A DNA stretch of 64,000 nucleotides from the IMG/VR virus record IMGVR_UViG_3300043449_002776; one strand, given 5' to 3'. A program made the translations under genes and the position numbers. The notes under the pieces are model-generated. The model was not told the origin of the DNA and searched no databases. It saw nothing but the letters and a program-made list of their open reading frames with translations. The stretch's first letter is position 1; every line of letters begins with the position of its first letter. Below are positions 37,386 through 46,498 of this stretch, piece by piece. This DNA is from a virus. Lineage: Duplodnaviria; Heunggongvirae; Uroviricota; Caudoviricetes.

Positions 37386-37670
37386 TAAAATCTTTGAGTC
37401 TGTTAGGCAGATTCATTTTATGAGTTCGTGGCAGACTGGGAAATGCACCTGTCTCTTAAACAGGACTATGCGAGATCGTACCTCGCCGGACTCACTTTCT
37501 TAAGTTTTCCTTTTCAGAGCCTAGTATCTCTTGAAAGTAAGGCTATAATTCTTGGACAATATTTTTGTCGGGTTGGACTTTTTCATGGAGGTTTGAGATG
37601 TGGTGTCTTGAAACAATCGTCGCTTTGAATCAAAAAGTCTGTGAATTTTCTAAGGAAGGCAAATCCTTAA

Positions 37671-38030
37671 GTGCCGCTTATCGAGCGGTCGGCATACAAA
37701 TCGGTGACCGACAAATCTCCAGAAGTGGATCAACTAAAAAATCAGAAGAGAAAGATCAAACTCTTAAAAGAGCAAATTAACATGGATGATTCTGAATTGT
37801 TACAAGCCAATGGATTTGAAGCGGCCTTGCTCGGAGTTGGCAGAAAGAAAGGCTCACAAAATTCGCTGGTCTACGACTACGATAAGTGTATTGAAATCTT
37901 GGTCCAAGGTGGAATGACTGAGGATGAAGCGGTAGAATACATGGAGTTCAATGTTGTTGACGCCTATGTCGGGCCTGCAACACCAATTTTTGTTCATACA
38001 GATAAAATTGATTTGGAAAACTTTGTGTAG
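37671..38030 (+). CDS. hypothetical protein
   Basis: 119-aa ORF. Confidence 0.45.
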   Translation: MPLIERSAYKSVTDKSPEVDQLKNQKRKIKLLKEQINMDDSELLQANGFEAALLGVGRKKGSQNSLVYDYDKCIEILVQGGMTEDEAVEYMEFNVVDAYVGPATPIFVHTDKIDLENFV

Positions 38031-38058
38031 ACATTAGATTGGAATTGCTGTAAATTAT

Positions 38059-38143
38059 GACGGTGTGGCCGAGTGGCTGAAGGCAACAGATTGCAAATCT
38101 GTCGAGTAAATACTCCTCGTGGGTTCGAATCCCACTGCCGTCT
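38059..38143 (+). tRNA. class-II (long variable arm, Ser/Tyr-like body) tRNA with anticodon GCA (Cys by anticodon)
   Basis: Acceptor GACGGTG/TGCCGTC; D-arm GCC GAGTGGCTGAA GGC; anticodon ACAGA TTGCAAA TCTGT; 16-nt variable hairpin CGAG...CTCG; T-arm GTGGG TTCGAAT CCCAC. Confidence 0.5.
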
Positions 38144-38149
38144 TTAAAT

Positions 38150-38223
38150 GCTCCTATAGCTCAACTGGATAGAGCAACAGCCTTCTAAGCTGTAGGTTGC
38201 AGGTTCGAGTCCTGCTGGGAGTA
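38150..38223 (+). tRNA. tRNA-Arg (TCT)
   Basis: Acceptor GCTCCTA/TGGGAGT; D GCTC AACTGGATA GAGC; anticodon ACAGC CTTCTAA GCTGT. Confidence 0.8.
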
Positions 38224-38411
38224 CTTATTATTTGGAGCTTCAAGTGCAAAGACTTTGGAGAATTTGGTGTAAGACGATGGGTAGTCGCATAAGCGAATGC
38301 GACACAGAATCTGATATAGCTGCAATTATCAGAACATTTTATTGGATATTGAATGTCGTGACATGCATTGTGATTATTGCAAATTGCATACGACATTGGA
38401 ATGATTAATTT

Positions 38412-38482
38412 ATCCCAACCAGCGGATCTCTGGCGGCAGGTCTTCGAAACCAGCTTGGAAAGTTCGACTCTTTCTTGGGGTA
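38412..38482 (+). tRNA. tRNA-like, anticodon TCG (Arg) with weak D-stem
   Basis: Acceptor ATCCCAA/TTGGGGT; anticodon CAGGT CTTCGAA ACCAG (one mismatch); T-arm GAAAG TTCGACT CTTTC. Confidence 0.35.
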
Positions 38483-38489
38483 CTAATTC

Positions 38490-38560
38490 AGTCCCTTCTT
38501 TCAATGGTAGGATATCACTATGACACGGTGAAGACAAAGGTTCAATTCCTTTAGGGACTA
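38490..38560 (+). tRNA. tRNA-Val (GAC)
   Basis: Perfect acceptor AGTCCCT/AGGGACT; anticodon TCACT ATGACAC GGTGA; T-arm AAAGG TTCAATT CCTTT. Confidence 0.7.
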
Positions 38561-38718
38561 TTTTCACAAGTAAAATGTGTATATAAGATTGCATTTAAAA
38601 CTTGTGAGAATGCAGACTGGATTACATCTAATTTTATCTTAGTGATTTCCTGCGAAATCAAGTCTTGTCGTTATTTGTCTCACATCTTTTTGCTTTTTGA
38701 ATTGACAAATTTTCGAAT

Positions 38719-39075
38719 CTAAAATGTGTCGGTAAGCTTTACCCATTCTTTGAAACGCCAATACATTGTGCTTGCAGTCGGAGATGATAGCGAGTAGTCG
38801 ATATTACGGCCTTTGTTTTTTACAAATCCAAGAGTTTTGTAAAATTTATCTAACGCCTGTTTGTATCCCTTTTCAGGTTGCGGTCTAAGGACAATTGGCT
38901 TGCCGACCGCTGCTGCATATTTTTGCAATCGCTGAATGATATTTGTGCCGATTCCCATACCTCTTTGCTCTTTGGGCACTTTGATATTCATCAGTTCAAT
39001 TTTTTCTTTGCTTTCGTAAGCATCAATATCAACTGATGGAAATTCGACTCTCAATTGGTTCAGAAGTTTTTCCAT
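38719..39075 (-). CDS. GNAT-family N-acetyltransferase
   Basis: Acetyl-CoA binding motif QRGMGIGTNIIQRL. Confidence 0.65.
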   Translation of the reverse strand: MEKLLNQLRVEFPSVDIDAYESKEKIELMNIKVPKEQRGMGIGTNIIQRLQKYAAAVGKPIVLRPQPEKGYKQALDKFYKTLGFVKNKGRNIDYSLSSPTASTMYWRFKEWVKLTDTF

Positions 39076-39126
39076 GTAGTATATACGTTAACTTGTCAAA
39101 TGATTTTTCTTGCTTAAAGAAAGGAT

Positions 39127-39381
39127 TTGTCCTATAATTTTGCAGTTCAAATAAGGAGTTTCGCTTTGAACAGACTGCAAAAAACAAGACACGAATTGGC
39201 TCAGCATGGCATCGAATGCACAATTGATGAGACAAAAGACTTGATTCACATAGCTTCTCAATTAAGGGAGCTTGCAAAAATTCCTGATGACGAATTCAAA
39301 AACATGATTGATTTTGGAGACTTTAGACAGGAGTCGTTGTATAATGCCGTGTTGAAAGTAAAATATGGGCAAACTGCATGA
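39127..39381 (+). CDS. hypothetical protein
   Basis: 84-aa ORF. Confidence 0.4.
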   Translation: MSYNFAVQIRSFALNRLQKTRHELAQHGIECTIDETKDLIHIASQLRELAKIPDDEFKNMIDFGDFRQESLYNAVLKVKYGQTA

Positions 39382-39427
39382 TGCAAGGTCTAGGCTTACG
39401 CCTAGCTATGCAGCAGTCATCTAAGTA

Positions 39428-39727
39428 ATGAGAGATGACTGGCCCATTTTTTTGTTACCTTTAAAAGGAGTTTGTTCAGTGGTCAACGCAGTTCCAATCA
39501 TTGGATGGTTTTTGTCCATCCTTGTCAGTACCTCTTTGTCGGTGCCTTTTTGGTTTTTTTGGACAGTATGTGGAATTGGGGAAAAGTATTTCTACTTTTT
39601 GCCACCGGTTTGGAAATCAATTCCATTTTTTGAATGCATAGGGCTTTTTATTGCTGTATCAATCATTCAAGCTGTATTTGTTCCAAAGTTAGTGACGGTC
39701 AGTCAAACCACAAAATCTGAGAGCTAA
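39428..39727 (+). CDS. small membrane protein
   Basis: 99 aa, multiple hydrophobic helices. Confidence 0.4.
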   Translation: MRDDWPIFLLPLKGVCSVVNAVPIIGWFLSILVSTSLSVPFWFFWTVCGIGEKYFYFLPPVWKSIPFFECIGLFIAVSIIQAVFVPKLVTVSQTTKSES

Positions 39728-39742
39728 CATCAAGTGTAAAAA

Positions 39743-39768
39743 GGCCCGAAAAGTTCGGGCCTTTTTTG
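39743..39768 (+). terminator. rho-independent terminator
   Basis: GGCCCGAA AAGT TCGGGCC TTTTTT. Confidence 0.75.
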
Positions 39769-39790
39769 TTAATATATCCGAGCAATTCTT

Positions 39791-40369
39791 ATGACTACAT
39801 CTTTAGATTTTCGCAAAGACAATCGATCAACCGAAGTTTTTCAACAGAATATTGCAGAGTTCACACAACGAGAGCAGATTTATGCAGAGGCTTTACGTCT
39901 GGATATGCAAAGCAGGCTCAAAAAAGAAATCAAAATAAGGAATAACGGTGTAGACAACAGTGGCGGTTTGATTGAGGGAAATTTACATAATCACAATGTT
40001 GATATGTGTTTTGATATAGATGGCAAAGACTGGTATTTTGAAATCAAAACCGCACCCGAATACTGTGATTCTTTTTATACTTTCAAGGTTTATTCTTTGC
40101 AGCAGACTTTGTTGCAGAATGCGAAACTTGTTTTACCTAAGCTTGGCTTTTATTATATTTTTAGTAAGCCAGCCATTCAGTGGATGTTGAATTTAAAACA
40201 TTCAATCTATCCAAGGTTTTCGCCAAACGATATGGCGGTCAGAATCATGGCAAGCCAAGTGAATGATTTATACAATTCTAAGATGCTTATTTTTAGAGAA
40301 TGGAGTCCACTAGCAAAAAAATTAGTGAATCAGCATAAAGATTTCTTGCTTCAAGAAAAATCAATTTAA
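39791..40369 (+). CDS. hypothetical protein
   Basis: 192-aa ORF. Confidence 0.5.
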   Translation: MTTSLDFRKDNRSTEVFQQNIAEFTQREQIYAEALRLDMQSRLKKEIKIRNNGVDNSGGLIEGNLHNHNVDMCFDIDGKDWYFEIKTAPEYCDSFYTFKVYSLQQTLLQNAKLVLPKLGFYYIFSKPAIQWMLNLKHSIYPRFSPNDMAVRIMASQVNDLYNSKMLIFREWSPLAKKLVNQHKDFLLQEKSI

Positions 40370-40608
40370 GATTCCTTAGTGCCTCTTGCTTTGTGTGGAT
40401 GCTTGTCAGTGTAGCGGATGATTCCGTTTTTACCGGGAATATTATTTACTCCATACATCATGTCGATATAGGTTATCAAATCTGCCGAAATAGGGGTGCC
40501 GTACAAAGGCGGATATTGGCCTAACGCATCAGAGATTGCTGGATAAAGACCGAGTTTGGCACCGGTTCGTGAAGCATTTTCATTTTGTAGCCATAACTTG
40601 AATTTCAT
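40366..40608 (-). CDS. hypothetical protein
   Basis: 80-aa ORF overlapping stops with neighbours (operon-like). Confidence 0.4.
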   Translation of the reverse strand: MKFKLWLQNENASRTGAKLGLYPAISDALGQYPPLYGTPISADLITYIDMMYGVNNIPGKNGIIRYTDKHPHKARGTKES

Positions 40609-41591
40609 TTAAGCCAGTCTCCGAGTTGCTTTAACTCATCTGGTGTCAATTTTATAGCTGGTGTGGGTGATTCTTTTTTGGACTTGAACCTATCATACAA
40701 ATCCTTAAAATTTGGATATCCATTTTCTAATTCCCTATATCTTGCATTAATATAATCCCCGTGTCGAAGCCCTGTTCGGGTGTCTACCGGATAACTACGT
40801 TCGCCAGTTTCAGGATTGATGTAAGGAAGCACTGGAGTTGGAGATCGCCATCTTTGCATAGAACTTCTGGCTTCTGCATCTTTAATCCACTGTGGTGTCA
40901 TTTGATTAACTTTATCCGAAATTGCCTCACCTGCATCATTGGCTTTTTCAGAAGCAAATTCAATTGTTTTATCAGCGGCATCTTGAGCCAATTCTAAAGC
41001 TTTGCCTCCTGCCGACAGTCCACTATCGACAGCTTTTTTAGCCATCCACATACCCAGCCAAGGGAAAAATCCAATCAATTTCATAAAAGCTTGTTGTCCA
41101 AAAGCACTCACTTTCTCTGTCATTTTGTCCATAAAAGGAACTAAAAAAGGAAACATAGATCTGACTGCGTCAAATTGAAAACCAACAAATATTAAAGAGG
41201 CAACAAATGCTGTAATCCCAAGCACCTTTATCGCCTTGTAAATCATCGAAAGAATGCCACCTTCTTTCTTTACATTTTTCTCAACCACTTCATTTTCTTT
41301 TTCTTCTTCTTTAGATTTTGCGGTCAGTTTGCTCACAAAAAAAGATGTTGCAAAACGCATGGCAATTGATTTTGCAATGTTTGCCGCCATAGGTATTAAA
41401 AAGGCAAATTCTTGGATCAGAATTTGGTGTTCATCGGCAAGAGCTTCTTGCTCCTTAATATTCATCATGTTATACAAGTTGTCCAATACTTGAAATTGCA
41501 GAATTTCAAGTTCATTTTGGCTTAATTGACATTCGTTCAAAAACGATAAATGCTGTCTGTAGGAGGAATATTCCGAAAAACTTTTATACAT
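40605..41591 (-). CDS. hypothetical membrane-associated protein
   Basis: 328 aa; central hydrophobic segment. Confidence 0.5.
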   Translation of the reverse strand: MYKSFSEYSSYRQHLSFLNECQLSQNELEILQFQVLDNLYNMMNIKEQEALADEHQILIQEFAFLIPMAANIAKSIAMRFATSFFVSKLTAKSKEEEKENEVVEKNVKKEGGILSMIYKAIKVLGITAFVASLIFVGFQFDAVRSMFPFLVPFMDKMTEKVSAFGQQAFMKLIGFFPWLGMWMAKKAVDSGLSAGGKALELAQDAADKTIEFASEKANDAGEAISDKVNQMTPQWIKDAEARSSMQRWRSPTPVLPYINPETGERSYPVDTRTGLRHGDYINARYRELENGYPNFKDLYDRFKSKKESPTPAIKLTPDELKQLGDWLK

Positions 41592-41630
41592 GTTTGCCTC
41601 AGAGATTTATTAAGTATTTAGTCTAGTTTT

Positions 41631-42293
41631 TCATAATTTGAAGAATTGCATAAGCTTTTTAGCTAACCAATTTCCTGTGTCGCAATCACTTTGGAAATGG
41701 AAACCAGCTTTGACTCTATTGTCGCCTATTTCTTTGCCGAGTTTTCTCAATTGAGATCTATGTTTAGGGTACAGCCTTGATAACCAAGCACCCATAAATG
41801 TTCCGATAACTGCGTGTGTGGATGGATATGAAGGGGAATCCGTAGTTTTGCCTTTTGGACCAGCATCTTTACCTTGAGCCTTTAGTATTTGAAATGGTCT
41901 TGGACGATCAAATTTAATTTTGAAACTCAAACTTATAGTTGAAAGTTCTTCTGAAACCTTGACAATTTTTTCTTTGAGAGATTTGTCTAATGTTTCTCCT
42001 TGTTGTTCCAAGAGTTCAATGAAACACGTTTCGAGATCTTCTCTGTCTTGTTCTTCAATTCTTTTTAGAACTTCAGAGCTATTGGTATTTCTGAACTTAA
42101 GTATTTGTTTCAATTCTTGCTGTGTTTCTTGACTGTCATTTTTTGGCGGTTCAGGTAATGAAATTGTTTTCCAATTTGAGTCGAAATCGGGGGTGTCTTT
42201 GCCTACAAGATAAGCATCTTGTTTAGGACGACCATATTTCAGTTTTTCTAGATTTTCCTCTTGTAGGAAAAGCCATTTCTTGAAATTGCCCAC
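41631..42293 (-). CDS. PAP2-family (acid phosphatase/phosphatidic-acid-phosphatase-like) protein
   Basis: Motifs K-x6-RP (KIKFDRPRP), PSYPSTHA (PSGH-like) and FHFQSD (H...D). Confidence 0.5.
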   Translation of the reverse strand: MGNFKKWLFLQEENLEKLKYGRPKQDAYLVGKDTPDFDSNWKTISLPEPPKNDSQETQQELKQILKFRNTNSSEVLKRIEEQDREDLETCFIELLEQQGETLDKSLKEKIVKVSEELSTISLSFKIKFDRPRPFQILKAQGKDAGPKGKTTDSPSYPSTHAVIGTFMGAWLSRLYPKHRSQLRKLGKEIGDNRVKAGFHFQSDCDTGNWLAKKLMQFFKL

Positions 42294-42332
42294 AAAAATA
42301 ATCTCCTATTTGTAAATAATACGTGTGTATTT

Positions 42333-42989
42333 ATGAAAATATTAGAAACAATTTTACCACGTAAAATTAAGTCGCCTTTATTTCGTCTAGGCAACCCACA
42401 TGATGGTGGTTATGTAGTTGATGTTGAGGCTTTGCATCGAGTTGATTCTTTATATACTTATGGGGTAGGGGGCAATACAACATTTGAACTAGATTTTTAT
42501 GAAAAAACTAAAAAGCCCGTTTATATGTTTGACCATACTGTAAATGACCCTAAAATCGAAAATTTAAATTTTCGAAAAGAAGGATTAGCAGCTTTTTGCA
42601 ATAAAAACTTTAATAATTTCATAAGTTGCAATTTACATCATCATGTGTTGCTAAAAATTGATGTTGAAGGAGCAGAAGTCGATTGGATAAAAGCTATGGA
42701 TTTTAGCAAAATAGCAGTTGATACAATGATAATTGAATTCCACAACCTTCTTTCTGATTTGCCTTTAATTGAAAAAATAAAAGAACATTATAATATCATT
42801 TGGATACATCCAAATAATTCAGGAGGGATGACAGCAGGGTTTCCCAATGTTTTAGAAGTAACCTTTGTGGCAAAAAAATTAGATATTTTTGAAGGTTGGG
42901 CGAGATGTAAATACCCTTTAAAGATTGATAGTCCTAATATTCCAAACAAACCAGATTATATTTTAGACTTTCGCCCTATTTATCTTTAG
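42333..42989 (+). CDS. FkbM-family methyltransferase
   Basis: GNPHDGGYVVD and LKIDVEGAE...IEFH motifs typical of Methyltransf_21/FkbM. Confidence 0.65.
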   Translation: MKILETILPRKIKSPLFRLGNPHDGGYVVDVEALHRVDSLYTYGVGGNTTFELDFYEKTKKPVYMFDHTVNDPKIENLNFRKEGLAAFCNKNFNNFISCNLHHHVLLKIDVEGAEVDWIKAMDFSKIAVDTMIIEFHNLLSDLPLIEKIKEHYNIIWIHPNNSGGMTAGFPNVLEVTFVAKKLDIFEGWARCKYPLKIDSPNIPNKPDYILDFRPIYL

Positions 42990-43078
42990 GTCATTGAAAG
43001 AAAAATTTTTGCTATTATAAGCTATTTCGATTCAGTTGGCAGAGCCTTTATGGCATCACTATTGTTCTGTAGTTTTTA

Positions 43079-43150
43079 GCTACCTTAGCTCAGTGGTAGA
43101 GCACTTCATTGGTAATGAAGAGGTCATGGGTTCAAGCCCCATAGGTAGCT
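43079..43150 (+). tRNA. tRNA-Thr (GGT)
   Basis: Perfect acceptor GCTACCT/AGGTAGC; D GCTC AGTGGTA GAGC; anticodon CTTCA TTGGTAA TGAAG. Confidence 0.8.
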
Positions 43151-43202
43151 CTGTGATATTATAAACACTTGACTTATTTATGCACCTTCCTTAAGATTGT
43201 GA

Positions 43203-43272
43203 ACTGCTTTAGCTCAATGGAAGAGCCTGCCATTGTAGGGCGGAGACGTGGGTTCGATTCCTACAGGCAGAC
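43203..43272 (+). tRNA. tRNA-Thr (TGT)-type, second TGT tRNA
   Basis: Acceptor ACTGCTT/AGGCAGA (1-72 mismatch); anticodon CTGCC ATTGTAG GGCGG; T-arm GTGGG TTCGATT CCTAC. Confidence 0.55.
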
Positions 43273-43439
43273 CCTTACTTTGTGACAAATCATGACTCAT
43301 TTGCTAGCATGTGCCTGTGGAGGAACAATTGAGATACTTGCTGTATTTGCAGCATGTATGATATCCTCTATTATTGTTGCCTTAGAATGGCTTGGAGTTG
43401 GCTTTAAAAAGCATCACAAAACCAAGGAGGGTTGGTCTG

Positions 43440-43694
43440 ATGAATCCGCAGAGGGATGACGCAGATGATGTTCAGTGTGCAGTGCGAAAGTATAACATTG
43501 ATCCCAAGTGTGAGTTTTGTGCTTCTACACAGGGGCTAAAACTGGAAAGCTCACGCACAGCCTACCCTTGGGAAGGTGAGTTCGATTCTCCAGATGATCC
43601 TAATCGTGAAAAGCTTTTGTGCAGACATTGTGCAAAAGAACATCATGAATATTGGGATGACATGTGGAAGGATTACTACAGTAGTCGATTTTGA
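43440..43694 (+). CDS. hypothetical Cys-rich (zinc-ribbon-like) protein
   Basis: AGGAGG RBS before ATG 43440; CEFC...CRHC. Confidence 0.45.
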   Translation: MNPQRDDADDVQCAVRKYNIDPKCEFCASTQGLKLESSRTAYPWEGEFDSPDDPNREKLLCRHCAKEHHEYWDDMWKDYYSSRF

Positions 43695-43945
43695 AATGGA
43701 GCTTTAACATGGAAGTTTTTCAAGGACATAAAACGATTTACACAGACCGTGGCGAACTTTTTACTCCTGAGTATGTCTCATACTTGGAGAGACAAATTGT
43801 TATTTTAAGCAACAAGTTGGTTACTTCGCAGTCTCAAGTTCGACTACTAACAAGTCAAAATGATAAACGATTTGATAACATAAAAAGGTCTTATGATTTT
43901 GAAGAGGATCATATAGGCTATCCCGATGATGATCATGATCGATGA
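43691..43945 (+). CDS. hypothetical protein
   Basis: 84-aa ORF, overlapping stop/start. Confidence 0.4.
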   Translation: MKWSFNMEVFQGHKTIYTDRGELFTPEYVSYLERQIVILSNKLVTSQSQVRLLTSQNDKRFDNIKRSYDFEEDHIGYPDDDHDR

Positions 43946-43951
43946 TTTTTT

Positions 43952-44040
43952 GGGAGTGAAGCTCATGGTAGAGCGTGGCGGCTTATAACCGTTAGGATCA
44001 GATGAATCTCAAGGTTAGGGTTCGAATCCCTACACTCCTA
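43952..44040 (+). tRNA. tRNA with anticodon TAT (Ile AUA-reading) and 22-nt variable region
   Basis: Acceptor GGGAGTG/CACTCCT; D GCTC ATGGTA GAGC; anticodon GGCGG CTTATAA CCGTT (two G-U); T-arm TAGGG TTCGAAT CCCTA. Confidence 0.45.
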
Positions 44041-44086
44041 CTTTTTTTGAAAAAGCGGGAATTAAAGCACTATAATAGTGTTGATT

Positions 44087-44157
44087 GCGGCCATGATGTA
44101 GTGGTAGCCTACTTGCTTGCCATGCAAGATGTGCGAGTTCGATTCTCGCTGGCCGCT
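44087..44157 (+). tRNA. tRNA-Gly (GCC)
   Basis: Perfect acceptor GCGGCCA/TGGCCGC; anticodon CTTGC TTGCCAT GCAAG; T-arm GCGAG TTCGATT CTCGC. Confidence 0.8.
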
Positions 44158-44169
44158 TAAAGGGATTTT

Positions 44170-44814
44170 ATGAGTAAATTCAATTATGTGTTGCTGATTA
44201 TTGCATTCATTATTGCTTCATTCGTTTTTGGTTTTTTCACATTCTTTATAAATCATATTGCAAAAGCTAATGTGACTAAAACTTATACGCTTGATTACCC
44301 ATTCGAAAAAGTCAAGCGTGTTATGATGCAAGTAGATGTTCTTGAAGAGATGGTAGCCTACGAGCAAGGACAAATTTTAGAGAAAAACTGGACTAAGCTT
44401 TTGGTGTCGGGGGATCGTCCTCTTTTGGAGGGCGTTGATGTAGATGGTAATCTCGATTTTCTTGTCTTAAAGCAAGATCCAGAACTTGGACGAGCTTTAA
44501 TGAGATTCTCCGAAGTCATTTATGTCGGAAAACATAAAATCAATTCTGAAACTTCCTTGGTCGAGCCAGTTTCACATCTGCAAGCCATCAAAACAATCAT
44601 GGAAATAAGCCCAGAAGGTGACAAGACTGTGGTCAAAACTTCTGCCTCCCTTACTTATCAAAGACGAATACCCAAGAATATGGTGGATGAAGTCAATCGT
44701 CGAGTTAATCAAACTGCTGAGCAAATGTTGGCAAACAATAAAGAAGTGCTTACCATGCTTGTAAGCAAATATGCAGATAAAAGATTTGTTATACCTTTTA
44801 AAAGAAAAAATTGA
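44170..44814 (+). CDS. membrane-anchored hypothetical protein
   Basis: N-terminal TM helix. Confidence 0.5.
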   Translation: MSKFNYVLLIIAFIIASFVFGFFTFFINHIAKANVTKTYTLDYPFEKVKRVMMQVDVLEEMVAYEQGQILEKNWTKLLVSGDRPLLEGVDVDGNLDFLVLKQDPELGRALMRFSEVIYVGKHKINSETSLVEPVSHLQAIKTIMEISPEGDKTVVKTSASLTYQRRIPKNMVDEVNRRVNQTAEQMLANNKEVLTMLVSKYADKRFVIPFKRKN

Positions 44815-44827
44815 TAAAAGGATTTGT

Positions 44828-45448
44828 ATGAACGAGCAACAGGTGGCATCAGTTATGCATGTAAATTCTCGTGCAACTATAGATGAAGATAAATGCAGAC
44901 AGCAACTACAAATAAAATTAAATGTATTTGATCTAGCTTTTCACAATTTAGAATCCGCCCAAATGGAAAATCCAGAAGCTTCTAAGAACATCAAAGATGG
45001 CAGATTTACCTTTGTCCCATTTCCCTGTGGTTTTTTTGTTGATACCTTACTTGATGCTTTTTTCTTTTTTGGTAGAGATCGCACTAAAAAATTTCTTGAT
45101 GTTGGTTGTGGGATTGGAACCAAAGTAATTTTAGCTAGTGCCATTTTTGATGCTTATGGAATTGAATATGATGAGAGATATGTTAGTCTTGCCCATGAAT
45201 TGAACATTAATAGAGTTGGCAAAGCCGATGCTTTAACCTTTGATAAGTATGACGAATTTGATTTCATTTACTACTATCGTCCGATACATGACACTGATGG
45301 GTACAGGGCTTTGGAGAGTAAAATTCATCGAGAAATGAAAAGTGGAGCCTTGATAGCTCCGATGCATACTGAATATAATTGGTCTGAATGTGATGACATA
45401 GAAGTTGTCGTAAATAATCCGTATCCAAAACTTTACAAAAAGAAGTGA
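44828..45448 (+). CDS. SAM-dependent methyltransferase
   Basis: Motif I FLDVGCGIGTKV; AAAGGA RBS before internal ATG. Confidence 0.6.
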   Translation: MNEQQVASVMHVNSRATIDEDKCRQQLQIKLNVFDLAFHNLESAQMENPEASKNIKDGRFTFVPFPCGFFVDTLLDAFFFFGRDRTKKFLDVGCGIGTKVILASAIFDAYGIEYDERYVSLAHELNINRVGKADALTFDKYDEFDFIYYYRPIHDTDGYRALESKIHREMKSGALIAPMHTEYNWSECDDIEVVVNNPYPKLYKKK

Positions 45449-45457
45449 TTTTTTCTT

Positions 45458-45766
45458 GTGAATTTCGATTTTCATCGTGAACAGTTAGCTAAAGGAACGT
45501 CTGTTTCTTTTCGGCCAAAAGGCAATTCCATGCAGCCGAAAATAAAGTCTGGGCAACTGGTGACTATCTCTCCAGAGATATCTAATATTGCAGAAGGTGA
45601 TATTGTTTTTTGCAAAGTTCATGGCCATTTTTACGTTCACTTAGTCAGTGCCATCAAAAAAGAGCAGGACAAAACACTTTATCAAATCAGCAACAATAAA
45701 GGTCGAATTAATGGTTGGATAGGCACAAATTCTTTGTATGGGAAAGTCGTAAAAATTGATGATTAA
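45458..45766 (+). CDS. S24/S26-like (LexA/signal-peptidase fold) peptidase domain protein
   Basis: GNSMQP Ser-nucleophile motif and downstream Lys; 102 aa. Confidence 0.5.
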   Translation: MNFDFHREQLAKGTSVSFRPKGNSMQPKIKSGQLVTISPEISNIAEGDIVFCKVHGHFYVHLVSAIKKEQDKTLYQISNNKGRINGWIGTNSLYGKVVKIDD

Positions 45767-45778
45767 GGAGTGTGTGAA

Positions 45779-46174
45779 ATGAAGACTAAGCAAGTAATTG
45801 TCATGAGGTACAAATACCCTGATGGCAAAGGGGGAACTGTTGGCCTTCGGACAGGCAAATATATTGCCCAAGCATGTCATGCCTCAATGGCATTTCTGTC
45901 TCGTCGAGTATTCGAGACACAAGGCACTCCAATCTTTAGTGATGCTGAAATTAATTGGTTCCAGAACAGTTATGCCAAAGTTTGTTGCCGGGTAGATACT
46001 GAAGAAGAGCTATTAGATATTTACGAAAAAGCGAAGGCTGCTGGTTTAGAAGTTCATTTAATTACCGATAGTGGCAAAACGGAATTCAAAGAGCCAACCA
46101 AAACTTGTCTTGCTATTGGTCCTGATTTGGCCGAAAAGATAGATCCAATAACTGGTCATTTAAAACTACTGTAA
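45779..46174 (+). CDS. peptidyl-tRNA hydrolase, PTH2 family
   Basis: GKYIAQACHAS resembles PTH2 GKIAAQCSHA active-site region; AAGGAG RBS. Confidence 0.6.
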   Translation: MKTKQVIVMRYKYPDGKGGTVGLRTGKYIAQACHASMAFLSRRVFETQGTPIFSDAEINWFQNSYAKVCCRVDTEEELLDIYEKAKAAGLEVHLITDSGKTEFKEPTKTCLAIGPDLAEKIDPITGHLKLL

Positions 46175-46182
46175 GGCTAAAT

Positions 46183-46416
46183 ATGGCTAATGACGAACGC
46201 ATAATTTTGGCTTTTAATCAAGCATTTGTCCGCAAATCTTGGAGTCAGGTCAATAAAGGTGATCAGGTCTATTTTCAAATTATCTCTGTGCCTAGTGATA
46301 GGTTTTTTGGCCCATATGAAGTTATTGATCCTAATAAATGCCAACTCAAATTGACTCTGGGTATAACTTGTTCTATGCCAAATAAGAATGTGCAGCTTTT
46401 AAAACCTTGTGATTGA
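46183..46416 (+). CDS. hypothetical protein
   Basis: 77-aa ORF. Confidence 0.4.
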   Translation: MANDERIILAFNQAFVRKSWSQVNKGDQVYFQIISVPSDRFFGPYEVIDPNKCQLKLTLGITCSMPNKNVQLLKPCD

Positions 46417-46418
46417 TT

Positions 46419-46494
46419 GGGGTCACTTAGGAAGCCTTTATCGTAAAACCTACATGGAATGATAAAGTAGAGAGTTCGAGTCTCTCTGACTCCA
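46419..46494 (+). tRNA. tRNA-like element (acceptor + T-arm present, no recognisable anticodon arm; contains motif-like GGAATGATAAAG)
   Basis: Acceptor GGGGTCA/TGACTCC; T-arm GAGAG TTCGAGT CTCTC. Confidence 0.3.
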
Positions 46495-46498
46495 TTTA

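Noticed and set aside
38154-38594. 146-aa minus-strand ORF
   Set aside because: It spans three or four plus-strand tRNA genes (Arg-TCT, the Arg-TCG-like gene, Val-GAC); the conserved cloverleaves explain the sequence better than a protein.
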